A stretch of DNA of 64,000 nucleotides from Trichosphaerium sp. ATCC 40318 (lineage: Eukaryota; Protista; Tubulinea): positions 62,001 through 126,000 of the forward strand of contig JALMLS010000536.1 in assembly GCA_038496445.1 (NCBI GenBank), read 5' to 3'. Below, one piece after another: positions 27,885 through 40,154 of the stretch. The position numbers and the translations under genes are program-made. The stretch's first letter is position 1. Every line of letters starts with the position of its first letter. The notes beneath the pieces were generated by a model. The model was not told where the DNA came from and did no database searches. It was given only the letters and a program-made list of their open reading frames with translations.

Positions 27885-29261
27885 TCATTTCGATAATTGG
27901 GCTTCATATCTTTCCAAGGCAGCTAAACACCCTTTTTGTTTAGCTATTTCTTCATCTGTTAGGACTTTTTCAGAAAAATAGAAAGCTAAAGGGGAATGCA
28001 CTTTAATATCAAGTGTGCGCAAAGCCAACTCATTCATAATTTTGGATCTTTCTTCATCATTTCCTGGATCACCTTTTCCGCCAATCACATTGATGTCAAC
28101 TACCAATTGTTTTGCCAAAGCCAAGATATGAGGGTCCTTTTTGCATCCTGGCATTATGGTCTTCGTAACGAGGCTTTCCTACCAAGAAATTTAAAAAAAA
28201 ACGAAACGTCAATCAACCTTTAAGGTTTTGCTTCAGAAAAAATCTGACGTTTCTCGTACAAGGGTAACCAAGCCATAATCAAAAGTATGCCCAATAAGTG
28301 TCTTCTTGACAACTGCTACAAGCAAAAAGAAGCTTGTAGTATAGCGCACTTTCCTTCCCCATAAATAATCACCAGTGTACTCAAGGGTATCAAGTTTACC
28401 TTCTTTCCAAGTCGAGGAAAACGTGACGCCATTATACAAAGTTGTAGAAGTGACACGTGGAGTTTTCTGCGCGTCATCACATAATATCGCTGCACACACT
28501 TCATGACCCTTCGCTACAGCCACTTCATGCGGCGTTTGCTTGTCTGTAACGTCACGAATGCTTTTATCCGCACCGTGCGCTAATAACAGCTGTGCGAGTT
28601 TTGGATGGTCGTAAAACGCACAACGGTGTAAAGGAGTGTATCCCATGTGTGTTTTACAGTTGGGATCTGCGCCTTTTTCCAATAAAACTTTAGCGACAGC
28701 AAAACAACCTCTCCAACAAGCTTGATCGAGTGCTGTTTCACCAACAGAAGTTTTAAGTTCGGTACGGTGTCCATTGTCCAAAAAATGCTTTACAACATCA
28801 GCGCGGTTCATTTGAGCTGCCAGATGCATCATCGTTAACGTATCGCCAATATCAATCTCTGGCTTGCCTACAACGCTGATAGCTTGTTTTATGTCGTCAA
28901 TGGAGCAACGCATAGATACAATGCTGTGTACGTTACTAACACCTTCAAAAAGCTTGTCCAAGTCGTCGGTTGACATGTGGTTACTGTTGTGTAGATTTTC
29001 TAATTCTAAGTAATGTTGTTCAAAATCAGGAACAGTTTTTCTCAGAATTTTATTTCGTGGATTAGTTCCTGAACCTAGTCCAAAATAGTTGTTGTGCTGG
29101 AAAAAAACAGCTGACGTATTCGCATTCAGAGTGCGTTGAACCTCACAACAGTTGTAAATTGACATCCTTGTAGTCACTGACTGAGATAGTCTTTCTAAAT
29201 TGGAAAAGTCAACATTTTTATTGTATAGCTCTTTGTCGACAATTGCCACCAACCAAGCCAT
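27885..29261 (-). CDS. Ankyrin-repeat protein with unknown N- and C-terminal regions
   Basis: GETALDQAC, GADPN, GYTPLHRCA, KQTPHEVA; one intron at ~28181-28350. Confidence 0.8.
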
Positions 29262-29413
29262 TTTCAATAAACAATACATTGTCTACCTATGGGGAATGAT
29301 AAACAAACGCAATAAACAAGTGCTATATATTTTATTTCTCTGTCCTATCAAGTACAATACTTATTGCAGTAGCGCAACCACACCCTCGGCATTTTGTCCT
29401 ACCAACAAACAAC

Positions 29414-29527
29414 TTAAAAACAAGGCCATGACATACAATTTGCTACAGTTGTGTTGCATCCTAGGTAATCAATCATTTTGTTTGTTATTTGAGTGCCGTG
29501 ACAGTATATCAAGGCTTGTTAAATTAG
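29414..29527 (-). pseudogene. Decayed 3' end of an F-box/LRR paralogue
   Basis: ttaaaaacaaggcca...gcatcctag...tttgttatttgagt...atcaaggcttgttaaatt matches 12551-12666, including the WPxF-stop. Confidence 0.7.
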
Positions 29528-30589
29528 AAACTAGTCCCTTGTCCATTCACCAAAAATACCCCTTAGCTAGACAACTTTGTCACACAGAGTACTTTCTTAA
29601 CCAACAACAAAGTACACTTAATCTGTTGGAATTTTAAGGCCTAAATATTGATTAGAACAGTTTAAAGAGGGAGAACACAATTGAGACTTTTTTAAGCTTT
29701 CACATTTTAGCTCACTCATTTGTTATATTAAGTCAATATTTTTCACAACATGTGTATCATTTTTACTATATGTGCAGGGTCATTAAACCAGACTGTGGGT
29801 TCTTTTTAATTCTTCTCTATTTCCATTTATGCAACAAATTCTTTTCCACCAATATGAGTAAGGCTTACAAGGAACCTCCCTTTAAAATCATCATCACATC
29901 CTTCATTGTACTAAATGCACATAGTTTTGAATAATCATTCTAACCTGTGCACCTTTAGCAAATACAAGATGCTGTGTAAATCATTGTTTACTCCTTACCT
30001 GTTTTTAAAATAACAATGTTATACCAAGAAGTTGACACAATACTTAATGTGTTCAAAAACTCAAGTTTTTTAAATCATCAGATTTTTTTCAACACCACTA
30101 TAGGAGTTTAGACAAACCTTAGTTTTTCGGAGAACTCACATTCACCTTAAAAGAAACTGTTCACTACACTCCATCAACTATTGCTATAAATTGCATTGGT
30201 AATACAACACATTTCTTATCCCTATGAAAATGTGGGATGGTCTAGTTTTAAATCCAAAATCGCTTAATGGTCCACTTGTGAATTGGAATTTACACAATGC
30301 TCGAAACGTAAAACTAATCTCAATACATGGAAAATAGCGTTATGACACTGTGAAAATCTTCTCAAAGCTTGTTATTGTTAATTTTATGCTTTTTCTTTTA
30401 CAACCACAAACTACGTTTTTAGCGTACAATAAATTCGTTTAAAGGTATTGACTTGTGGTTAATCCTTGCTTTTGTATTGTTTATCACCGTTTTACCTAAA
30501 ATCCCAATGAAGCTCAGTTGACGCATATTACAAGTTTAAAAAAAAAACGCAAAAATAAAGTAAATAATTTATTCCACATTTATAAACTT

Positions 30590-30865
30590 AACAATTGCCA
30601 CCAACCAAGGGATTTTCAGTACAAACATTGATATGAGGCCTGTGAACTGCTTACAAAAATGTCCCTTAACCTTGTGCTATCAAGTTCTACTTGTTGAAGT
30701 CATATTTTGCTGATAATGTGTAAATGTACTCTTGCTATATCTGTTTAGGTGCTAGCAATTAAAAACAAGGCCAAACTTACAATATGCTAATTTTTTCATA
30801 GTAATCTGAATTTGTGTTAGATGCATTAGGGCAGTACACTAATATCAAGGCTTGGTTAACTTACA
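30590..30865. repeat. Degenerate duplicate of 29240-29530 (ankyrin gene 5' end plus LRR 3' remnant)
   Basis: Shared, co-linear blocks acaattgccaccaaccaag, tatcaagt, ttaaaaacaaggcca, atatcaaggctt. Confidence 0.7.
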
Positions 30866-31333
30866 GTCGAGTTCTCGCTGTGCTTGCCTAGAACCCATTC
30901 TCAGTGATCCATTGGTGGGTATAGGCATTCCTTTTTGTAGAAATTATTTCTCGAATTTCTAAAAATTCGGAAAATTACGTCCGATTAGCAGCTAGCACTT
31001 AACTCTGCAACGTCAACCCTTTTGAAGGCGTTAAATATTGCATACAAGAAACAGGCTTTTGTGAATTCCTATTCTGAACACAAACTCTGATAGACTTTCT
31101 TTAAGCTTCTCACATACCCAAAGACAAGTTTAGCAAGTGGCTGCAAGCAGTGGTGTTAGTATTCAAGGCAAACTATTTCAACCAAAACAACAAAAACTCC
31201 TCAAGACAGCAAACATTTGCAAAGTTGGTATGTTGTTTTCTAGCGGAATTTTCAGATTACACTATGTCCCCGTTTATTTTTTTCAATTAATACTAGATGA
31301 ATTAAGCCATGCGGTTCTTTTAATACATTCATT

Positions 31334-34162
31334 CTAAGCAGATAATTCCATACTTATGCGAACCAAATGATCATATGTCACAGCAATATGACCTAAAAGC
31401 GGCTTTAGCTAATAGCGAAAAAAAAAAAAAAAAAAAAAAAAGAAGCCTCACCGTCTTTGTGAGGATCACTCCAATCGAATAGTTCCTTCACGTGTACCAA
31501 ATGACAGCATAGTTTTAATAAATCATTCTTAGATCCTGCTGCGCCAATAGCAAAGTGAGCCAGCTGGGAAGAAACCGTAAGTCCAAATGCAGCAAGTTTA
31601 GAAAAAAAGAAGCTAATCCTTACACTGTTTTCTATTGTTTTGAGACTAACGTTAATGTTCGCATGAGCCAATGTAGTTTTGATTTCTTCAGCACTGAATG
31701 CACGTGGTTCAGAACCAACATAAAGTTTTGATTGAAGCGTATCAACAAGATGATGGAAGGCAGCATATTCTACGAGATAAAACATATGAGATTAAAAGAA
31801 AAATGACGCCGATAGATATTTTGGCGTAAAGTCACTGTTTATGCACCTTCGAAGCTAATTGTTCCATTTCTGTCTTCATCAAATACAGATATAATTTTAT
31901 TGGCCATCTCAACACCAAGAGGTTGATCCCCATCGAAAAATACTGCCTTGGAAAGTCTAAAAAAAAATAAATGTTCTAGATTCAAATACTCTGTTTTGAG
32001 TTTGCTGCTTACTCTGTAACTGATATTTCACCATTTTTGTTATCATCCATTGCATCAAAACTTCCTTTTAACCCAGACAACTCCAAACTTTTGACTTGTT
32101 GAAGCATAGTCTTATGCCAATCACGACCTAATTTTTCTCATTATTTTCTTATTTAAACTTTTGTCTTTTGATTTTGCTCCACAATTCAGGAACCACAATT
32201 ACCATCTATTTGGTTATATTGAACCTTTTTCCTCACAGCTTGACTTCTGGCTTTTTCAGGTGCACCTGGTTTTTCAACAGGTTTACCTTGAGACGCTAAA
32301 AGGGTGTCAAAATAAAATGTATAAATTTGTTTGGTATCAGCCGTGTTACCTGCTCTTCTTAGTTTACTTTTTAATCCCAATGACTTGAATCTATTAATGG
32401 CAACAGCGATCTTAACACCAGCTTTAAACTTCCTTCTTGCATTATATTTCCTAAATTGCTCTCGAGATACTTCAGGAATCTCTGTATCTTTTATAGTAGC
32501 ACTAGCCTACAAAGGAAAAAAACAAATAAGCAAAACTTATCTACACCAATATTCAATTCGTACTATCCATGGATGAGCCAAAGCTTGATCAACAGTGAAA
32601 CGTTCATTAGGATTCTTTCTTACCATCTTCCATACTAAAGCCGATAAGAATCAATCCAACAACTAAAGAAAAAAAAATGTACCCAAATCTTTTGCATCAT
32701 TCGATATGCCATACCTTCCATTACATAAGGAACATTCATGTTATAATGTTTATCTCTATAGATAGTAATTTCACGTACCACGCATCACCAAGCCAATTCC
32801 ACGTGCCAACCTCGATATTTCTCATCATTTGTTCTTGGTCAGGTATTTGGAATGGATGTATACCGCTCAGTAAAATGTACACGATCAAACCTAATGCTCT
32901 TTGTTAACATTGCAGGTTTCTCTATAACACTCACCAATTGCCCATACATCTACACCGATACCATATCCTTGAACTGGAGACATTTGCTGCCAACGGCGTG
33001 CAACTAAAAACCTGTTATCCAATTGAGCTTTAATTATCGGTTTTACCAATTTCTGGAGCCATCTAGGTGATTGTAAGACATAAATATAAGGATATAAATT
33101 TACGTACATATGGAATTGTACCAAGCATAGTCCTGAATGCAAATGGGTTAGATCCACCACGAGCGGCAAACCCGAAATCTGAGTTTGACATTAGATATTT
33201 AAAAACCAAACATCACAAAGCTCTGTCTTGAACTTAAACCTTGCAGTACCTGCAATTTTTACAATAGCGTCATCACCACCTGAAGACAATAACAGATATG
33301 GGAAATGTTAAGCCAAATAACAGCAATAAAATCAACGTTTGTTAGGTGTAAAAATAAAATAGAATAAAGATACTCTCCGGTTTTATATCACGATGCGCAA
33401 TACCTACCACAGTCTCTTTAACAAACAAAGTAACAGTATGAAAACAATAACAGTCGTACCCTGATCGTGCATGTGTTTTAATCCAAGAAGGACTTGTTTA
33501 GTTACAGAGCTAGCATAAGCTTCACCAAATCTCTTCAGCTTGGCAATACGATCAAACAACTCTCCACCTGTACACACGTGAGAAAAAAAAAACAAATAAA
33601 TAGTAAAGGGTCTGTGAATAAATTATCGGGTCATAGCTTACCCGTTACGTATTCTAAGGTGACGTAATACTGGAAGTCGCCTTGTGGAGCGAAAACTTCA
33701 CCCAAGTTTACAATCTAGTTCAAAGGCGTTAGATAGCGTTTATACAACGTGCAAATGTGAATTTGATCCGTTTTCGTACGTTTTGGTGTTGTAGATCAGC
33801 CATAACCTTCAACTCGCTTAGCATCTGGTCTGGTGGCGTTTTACGTTTATCCAGGATCTTCACAGCGCACGCCTGAACATTAAAAGGGTTTGTAAACTAA
33901 AAGTGTTAAGAACAACTCTCATACTTTGCCTGTTTGCTTATGAATAGCCTTACTACGCGAAATTTAGTGTTTGCTATAAACAACACACGTACTGAACAAC
34001 AGAAAACGCTCCAGATCCTAATTTCTCCTTAAAATCGTATATAGATTGGATTGGGGCATCATTTTGTCTTGGGAACCGCCATGACATTGCTGGTATTTGT
34101 GGTTGTGCCTGCTGAGTAGATGACCATTGTTGAGCAGGAGGAGCGTTACTAGGGAACTCCAT
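31334..34162 (-). CDS. CaMK-group Ser/Thr kinase fused to a C-terminal penta-EF-hand-like domain
   Basis: LGSGAFSVV, AVK, GGELFDRI, HRDIKPENLLL, DFG, APE, DVWAIG; EF hands DDNKNGEISVTE, DEDRNGTISFEE, DPHKDGHIAVTYD. Confidence 0.85.
33298..33373 (-). other. U12-type intron with GT-AT termini in the kinase catalytic loop
   Basis: Donor GTATCTTT; branch GGCTTAAC followed by ATTTCCCAT; only this junction restores HRDIKPE-N-LLL. Confidence 0.85.
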
Positions 34163-34418
34163 TTGTGGGTATTTCGGTTAACTGCCACAGTGATTTATTA
34201 CGGTCTTGAACAGGTCACAAATGCGACTTAATCATGGCCGTTGACACCTTTCATATCTAACATGAAAGTATACGCCGTAGCTTGTTTTATTGAACAGAGA
34301 GATGAGCGAGAAATGTATGTAACAATTTTTATTTTGTTATTTGCTTTATAAAAGCAAAACATAGGAAGCAACACAGAAATTTAAACAAGAACTCGCCAGA
34401 CACAGGCGTTAAAAACAT

Positions 34419-35902
34419 TTACTTGGTTCTCCTCTTTTTCTTTTTTTGTCCTTTGACGTTATCTTTCCAGTATGCAGCCTCTTCCTCATCTACAAAATTC
34501 ATTAATGCGTCATTTAAAGACAAAAAAGATGTACAAATAAATAGACAAAACGGTAATTAAAAAGCAATTGTCGTGATCTGTAGTACCTTTGACAAGTTCA
34601 AGAGTGATATCATGACCTTCAATCTGTGGGGTTTGTCCTTCTAGAGCAGAAATGCAAATAGCAGCACGTAGGTCTTTCTTGAAACGGACAAACGTAAACT
34701 CTTCGCTTTTGTTAGTATCAACGAAAGCAACTTGACCATGATCTATTCATTCGAAACGTTAGCACCTCCAACAAATAAAATAGTCAAAAAAAATAAAAAG
34801 TACGTACCAACAAAGAACGCTTTGATCATATCACGAGTTACCTCTGCAGGTAATTTTGGAAATTTAAGGATAGTTCCAGGAGGGTATTCAGTAAGTGCTT
34901 CTTGTCGTTTTCTCTTCTTGATACGGGTCTCCTCTTTCTTCCATTCAAGGTATTCCTTTCTAAAAAAAGCCACATTAGATACATGAAAAGAAACAACAAA
35001 ATAGTCACAACGCACTTCATTCTGACCAATAGAGGATGTTTATCCAAGTAATTAAACGCGCCTAGTGCTACAACTTTCTCAGCTGCTTCTTTGCTCTCAT
35101 ACTCTATATAAGCTGATCCCTTCAAAAGATCCTTTTTCCTAAACACACGGCGAATACGAACCTAGGAAGAGAAAAGTTACAAAAAAAGAAAAAAATGCAG
35201 TTGTGTTTTTTATCAAATGTAAAATTAAAAACGCTCGATAGAGGTTTACTCTGTTACGTACGGACAATACTGTGCCGAATTGAGAAAAGTATTTTTGTAG
35301 GGCTTCGAGATTAGTCTCTTCTGCATTCTTTGGGAGCCCTTTCTACGGTAGGTGAGTATTGATCATGTTTCACGTTTTAGCAGCAGACGTACGACATAAA
35401 TACTTCTTGGTGTTACTACATCATCTTGTGGAAGTGGGTGCCTACGCTTCATCTTGGTCTTATCTTCAGAAACCTAAGCCTGTTTTGGTATTCGCTCAGA
35501 GAAGGTTTGGTTTTACCTCAACGACTTCTGAGTCTACCATAATTGATGCGATTTGCTCCACGTCTACGGTTACTTTCTATTTTGACGTTAGAGAGTGAAG
35601 TTTATGCGCTGTATACCTTAATTCTGTTAAAAGTGGTCAATAGCGACACTGGGATCCCTTTGTGTAGTCAAGGAAAAAGAAAAATAGAGTAAAAAGCAAC
35701 TTCAAGTTAAAAAGATACAACCACCATTGTCATGCGCTGCTTTACGCAAGAAAGTATCCTTGGTGTAGTTACTGTCGCTGAAATAGAAATCTATCTGCTT
35801 TTTCAAAGCAGCCTTTTGTTCCTCAGTGATTGGGTTTGTGTCTTTTGGTTCCTCCTCTTTAGCCTCAACCTTTGTGTCTACCTTCGTGTCCGTTTCAGCC
35901 AT
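34419..35902 (-). CDS. SSB: La autoantigen (La motif + RRM1 + RRM2)
   Basis: QIDFYFSDSNYTKDTFL, GWIPVSLLTTFNRI, RSIYVKG, KGSAYIEY, EEAAYW. Confidence 0.88.
35658..35718 (-). other. U12-type GT-AG intron in the La motif
   Basis: Donor GTATCTTT; branch TTCCTTGAC 9 nt before the AG end; restores DNGG-W-IPV. Confidence 0.9.
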
Positions 35903-36254
35903 TGTATACGCGTTTAATAAAGTAAGGCAAGAAAGCAATCTGCGAGTTTTAACAGAAGAGACTGTTAGCGCTAATTTTTTAGTTCGGATTTTGAGCGTAT
36001 TTTTTGCGTGACTTTTTTACTCAATATTTTTTCAAAGCTAAAAACGCTCTAAATTTCACAAACGACAAGTAGGCACCTACCACAAGGTATTTTCAGGCAC
36101 CTTTAGCAAATATTATTCTGCCTGGGCGAGTTACAAGCGCAGTCTCAAGCTGATCAGCTGAAATGAGCTATAACCAAGCGAATAAGTTGCATTATTTCAA
36201 GATGAAAGCACCCGACAATAAAATGATGCGTTTGCTAGGCGACAAACTACAAAG

Positions 36255-37250
36255 ATGTCAAGACGTGTTGTAATTTCTGGCAGTGGAAGCAGCGGTGGCG
36301 GTGGTGGCTCATTGAGCTCACGCTTTGGTCAGATGAGATCTGAGAGTGGTAATAAAGGACCAACCTATCGTACGTTTTTACTCACGTTGTATACCGCATA
36401 AACGAATGCTCTTTGCTGTTTCATTTTGTACTGCCAATTGCCGAGCAAAACCGTTAAATACGATTTTAGGCGCACAAGGTGGCGTACAGAAACGTCGCGG
36501 CAGAGGACGCGGCAGAGGTCGCTCAGGAAGAGGCGGTAGAGGACGCCGTGGAGGCCGCCGTGGTGGTAGAGGCGGTAGAGGCCGAGGACGTGGTCGAGGA
36601 AGAGGTAATGGTACGTAACAGATTTTTAGTGCATTAAAAAAAAGTATGATGCCGTTAAATAACGCCCATATAGTTACAACTACGCTTTCGAGAGCTTGGT
36701 TGCGCTTGAATTGACACTCCCCAAAATTTATTTAAGCGCTTTTTTGCATTTTTTACCTTGGTATTGGCTACTTGGCCTTTTTGAATGCTCCCTTATGTGT
36801 ATGCGTATGGTACGTACCTATACGTAACCTTGGTTGACGCCTGTTAGTGTTTTGTTTCTACAACAAGCAGAATACGTACACGCATGAAGCAATACCAACA
36901 AAATTTCTTTCTGAGCACCGCAAAGCTTTTAAAAAACAAAAAAACACCCTCAAAGCTTTGTATACCTCATTCAAGTGCAACCAGTTCGCAAAAAAGAGGC
37001 GATAAATCAACAGTACAATTAGCTAAATTGCAACAATGAATTAGGCAAAAGAGAAAAGAAGGTTTCTAATGAAGACTTGGATAAGGAGCTTGATGGATAC
37101 ATGCTTCAAGATAAAACGCGTGCTGAAGACGTACAGAAAAGAAACGAAGAATCAAAGCAACAAACCCAAGATGAACTTGATAACGAGTTGGATTCGTACA
37201 TGGCAGCGCGTAAGAGCGGAACCGCCACTGAAGAAGCGGCTGCTGAGTAA
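36255..37250 (+). CDS. CHTOP/FOP-like RGG protein
   Basis: N-terminal SLSSRF, RG/RGG tract, duplicated C-terminal DLDKELDGYM / ELDNELDSYM motifs. Confidence 0.8.
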
Positions 37251-37584
37251 AAAAGAACGACTAAGAAAAAAACCGTTTAATTACTGCCTCGCATTGCGTG
37301 GATCTGTCAGAGATTGTTTGTACCCAAATATATTTGTTCGCATGTGTTTACTTGTCATTTTTGTTCGTGTCCTTTTGTTTGGTCGCGAAATGTTTTTTTT
37401 TGTCAGACAGATTTCAACCAAGTTCAAATTGCTTTAAAGGGCGTATTCGTTGACGCTGCTGGTCATATTACGTAAGGAGGCAATGTGGCTTACGATTGAT
37501 GGTGTATCCAGCCTTTGACAAGTGAGTACTAATTTTCTTACTTATAACTAGCTCTAATAACAGTATAAAGACCATACGAGGTAA

Positions 37585-40154
37585 ATGCTGCGTGCAAGAT
37601 TCTTAGTGGGTTTCAAACAACGCCGACGCATCCGCAATGTGGAACCTACGCGCTGTTGTGTTCGTGTAAGAATTTAAACACCTTAATTATGCTTATAAGA
37701 CCTAGTACACTAAAATTCGTATACCACGACGCGTCGACGACATAAGCAGGTACTTTAACGCACAGACACGCATTCTACATTGTTTTATCATTTATAAATT
37801 AAATATCTTCGCTGACGCTTTTCTGAAGGCAAAACGTTAAACAAAGTATGATCAAAGAGGATTACATTGAACGAAAGGCCAACTTTTCTTCTGTCCATAA
37901 TTTTCTGTGGCTCTCTACGCGGCTCACTGACTCCAAGTATGTTTGGGAAGAGGGTATGGCGATATTAAAAGACGGGTCTGTAGATAGAAAACATTTGGAG
38001 TTTTATACAGAACTTCTATTACACGCGCCTAGAGGAGACAGAAGTGCTTTGCTTAATGATATGCGAGCGAAGGGTATCTCACCGGACCTGTACTGCTATA
38101 CAGCTCTTATAAAAGTACACACAGACGATAGAAATTCGGTAAAAGCATACGATGTTTTTAAGCAGTTAAGAAAAGACGGATTTTATCCTGACAGGAAGAC
38201 TCTTTCAAGTATTTTGCATTTAGAGCTTAAGCTAGGGAACTTTGAAAGAGCTGCAAAGATATTCAAGCATATAAGGGATTCAGGCGATATAGATTCTTAT
38301 GTTTACAGTCTTATGATGAAGTATTATATGTACGAAGAAGGAGATTTACAAAAAGTTGAAGAGCTTTTCGATGAGCTTAAGCAAAGGAAGATTAAGCCTT
38401 CTTTATTCTCGAGAAACACTATGCTACGTGCTTATCTACACCTCGATTCTGTAGAACGCGGACAGGAGTTCTTTAATATGCTAGTAGCTACAGGCGAATC
38501 TGTTGATGTTATGTCGTATACTTTTTTATTTGAAGCGTATCTTGACAAAGACGACGTTTCTGGTGCTCAGAGGGTTCTATCTGATATGAAAAAATCAGGT
38601 GTTGATCCAGGTGGATCTATGTATTTAATAATGATTTCTTATCATCTTAAACAAGGTGATTTTAAGGCAGCGAGAACTGTTTTCAGTGAACTTAAAACAC
38701 TTGATATAAGTATCGATATTGATCATATTAGCAAGCTTTTTTTAAGGTATTGTATGAAGAATAAGGATCCTTATGGTGCTTTAAAGTTTATAGAGGAGCT
38801 TAAGAAGATGGAAAAAGACGTTGAAGCGTACCATTATTGTTTTCTTATTAGGATTTATGTCGAACTTGAAGATTTTTCTAGTGCGAAAGAGGTTTACGCT
38901 AAGATCTTGAGAGAAAAGATGTATATGGCTACAAACGAGTACAACTATATTATAGATATGTATATTGCATGTGGGGAACCAAAGAAGGCTATAGCTACGC
39001 TTGACAAGATGAGAAGCAATAGTGTTCCTCGAAACGAAAGAACATTTTGCGTTTTTCTTCGTTACTATTTTAAGAAGCATAGAATGGATGAAGTAGAGGA
39101 AGTACTCAGGATTATGGAAGATGAACATGTTGCTATAACAATGATTACATATAACGTACTTATCGAGGGTTACCTTAGTACTGATGCGTTCTCTAATTCA
39201 AAACGTGTTTTTGAAAAACTCAAAAAAGACGGAAGAGAAGCTGATGTTCACACTTACAATATTATTCTTAAATACTTTGCTACTGCTAAACAAGGCGGTT
39301 GTAGAGAAGATATTAAGTATACACTCAACCACATGAAGGAAAACGGGGTGAAAGCAAACGAGTTGACATACAATGCTGTTATTAATACTGATTGTCGAAA
39401 CGACAGCCATTTGGATGGTTTTAAGCCTTCCACTGAAACTTATATTTCTAGAATTCAGAAATGTATTACAAGAGGATCTTTTGGTGAAGCTTTGACGCTA
39501 AGAAAGAAGATGGAAGCTGATGGTGTTGTTGTTACAACGCCAATACATAACTTTATGTTAACTGTTCATATGAAACGAGGTAATCTACCAGCTGCTTTTT
39601 CTGAGCTTAAAAAGATGGAAGAACAAGGTAAACATCCTAACCTTAACACATACAAGATCCTTCTTCAGAAGTTCATTGATAACGGCACTGATTATAAAAA
39701 AGAAGGAGAAAAAGACGAGAAAAAAGAAGAAGCGAATGCTGATGCTTATGTGCAAATAATGTCTTTTCTAGCATCAAGTTTTGATCTTGATAATGTTGAT
39801 GGTTTATTACGTTCTATACCAAAGCAAGGAGAAGAAGACGGTGGTAGTAATGAAGATCTTTCTTATACAATATTGATGCTATTGAGTAATAGAGCTCACT
39901 CTATTAGAGCTAGTAGACGTATAATGAGGCAGATGAAAAGTAAAAAAGCAAAGATGACCGCACAAACTTATATTTTACATGCTTTAACACTCGCTCATTA
40001 TGAGGATGATATGCTTAGTAATGAGATTTTAAGGACTATTGCTACTATGAAAAAAGAATTTGGTGTTACTGAAGAGTATAAGAAAGTGGTTAAGGCAGGT
40101 TTACTTGATGGTGTACAAAGTAGACCTTATTTGTTATCTTCTTTAACAAAATAA
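37585..40154 (+). CDS. P-class pentatricopeptide repeat protein, probably mitochondrial
   Basis: Many 35-aa repeats (PDLYCYTALI, DVMSYTFL, DVHTYNIIL, NELTYNAVI); Arg-rich N-terminal exon MLRARFLVGFKQRRR. Confidence 0.9.

Noticed and set aside
33085-33097. ATATCCTT on the minus strand (AT-AC donor-like)
   Set aside because: It lies inside an ordinary GT-AG intron whose boundaries already restore the frame.
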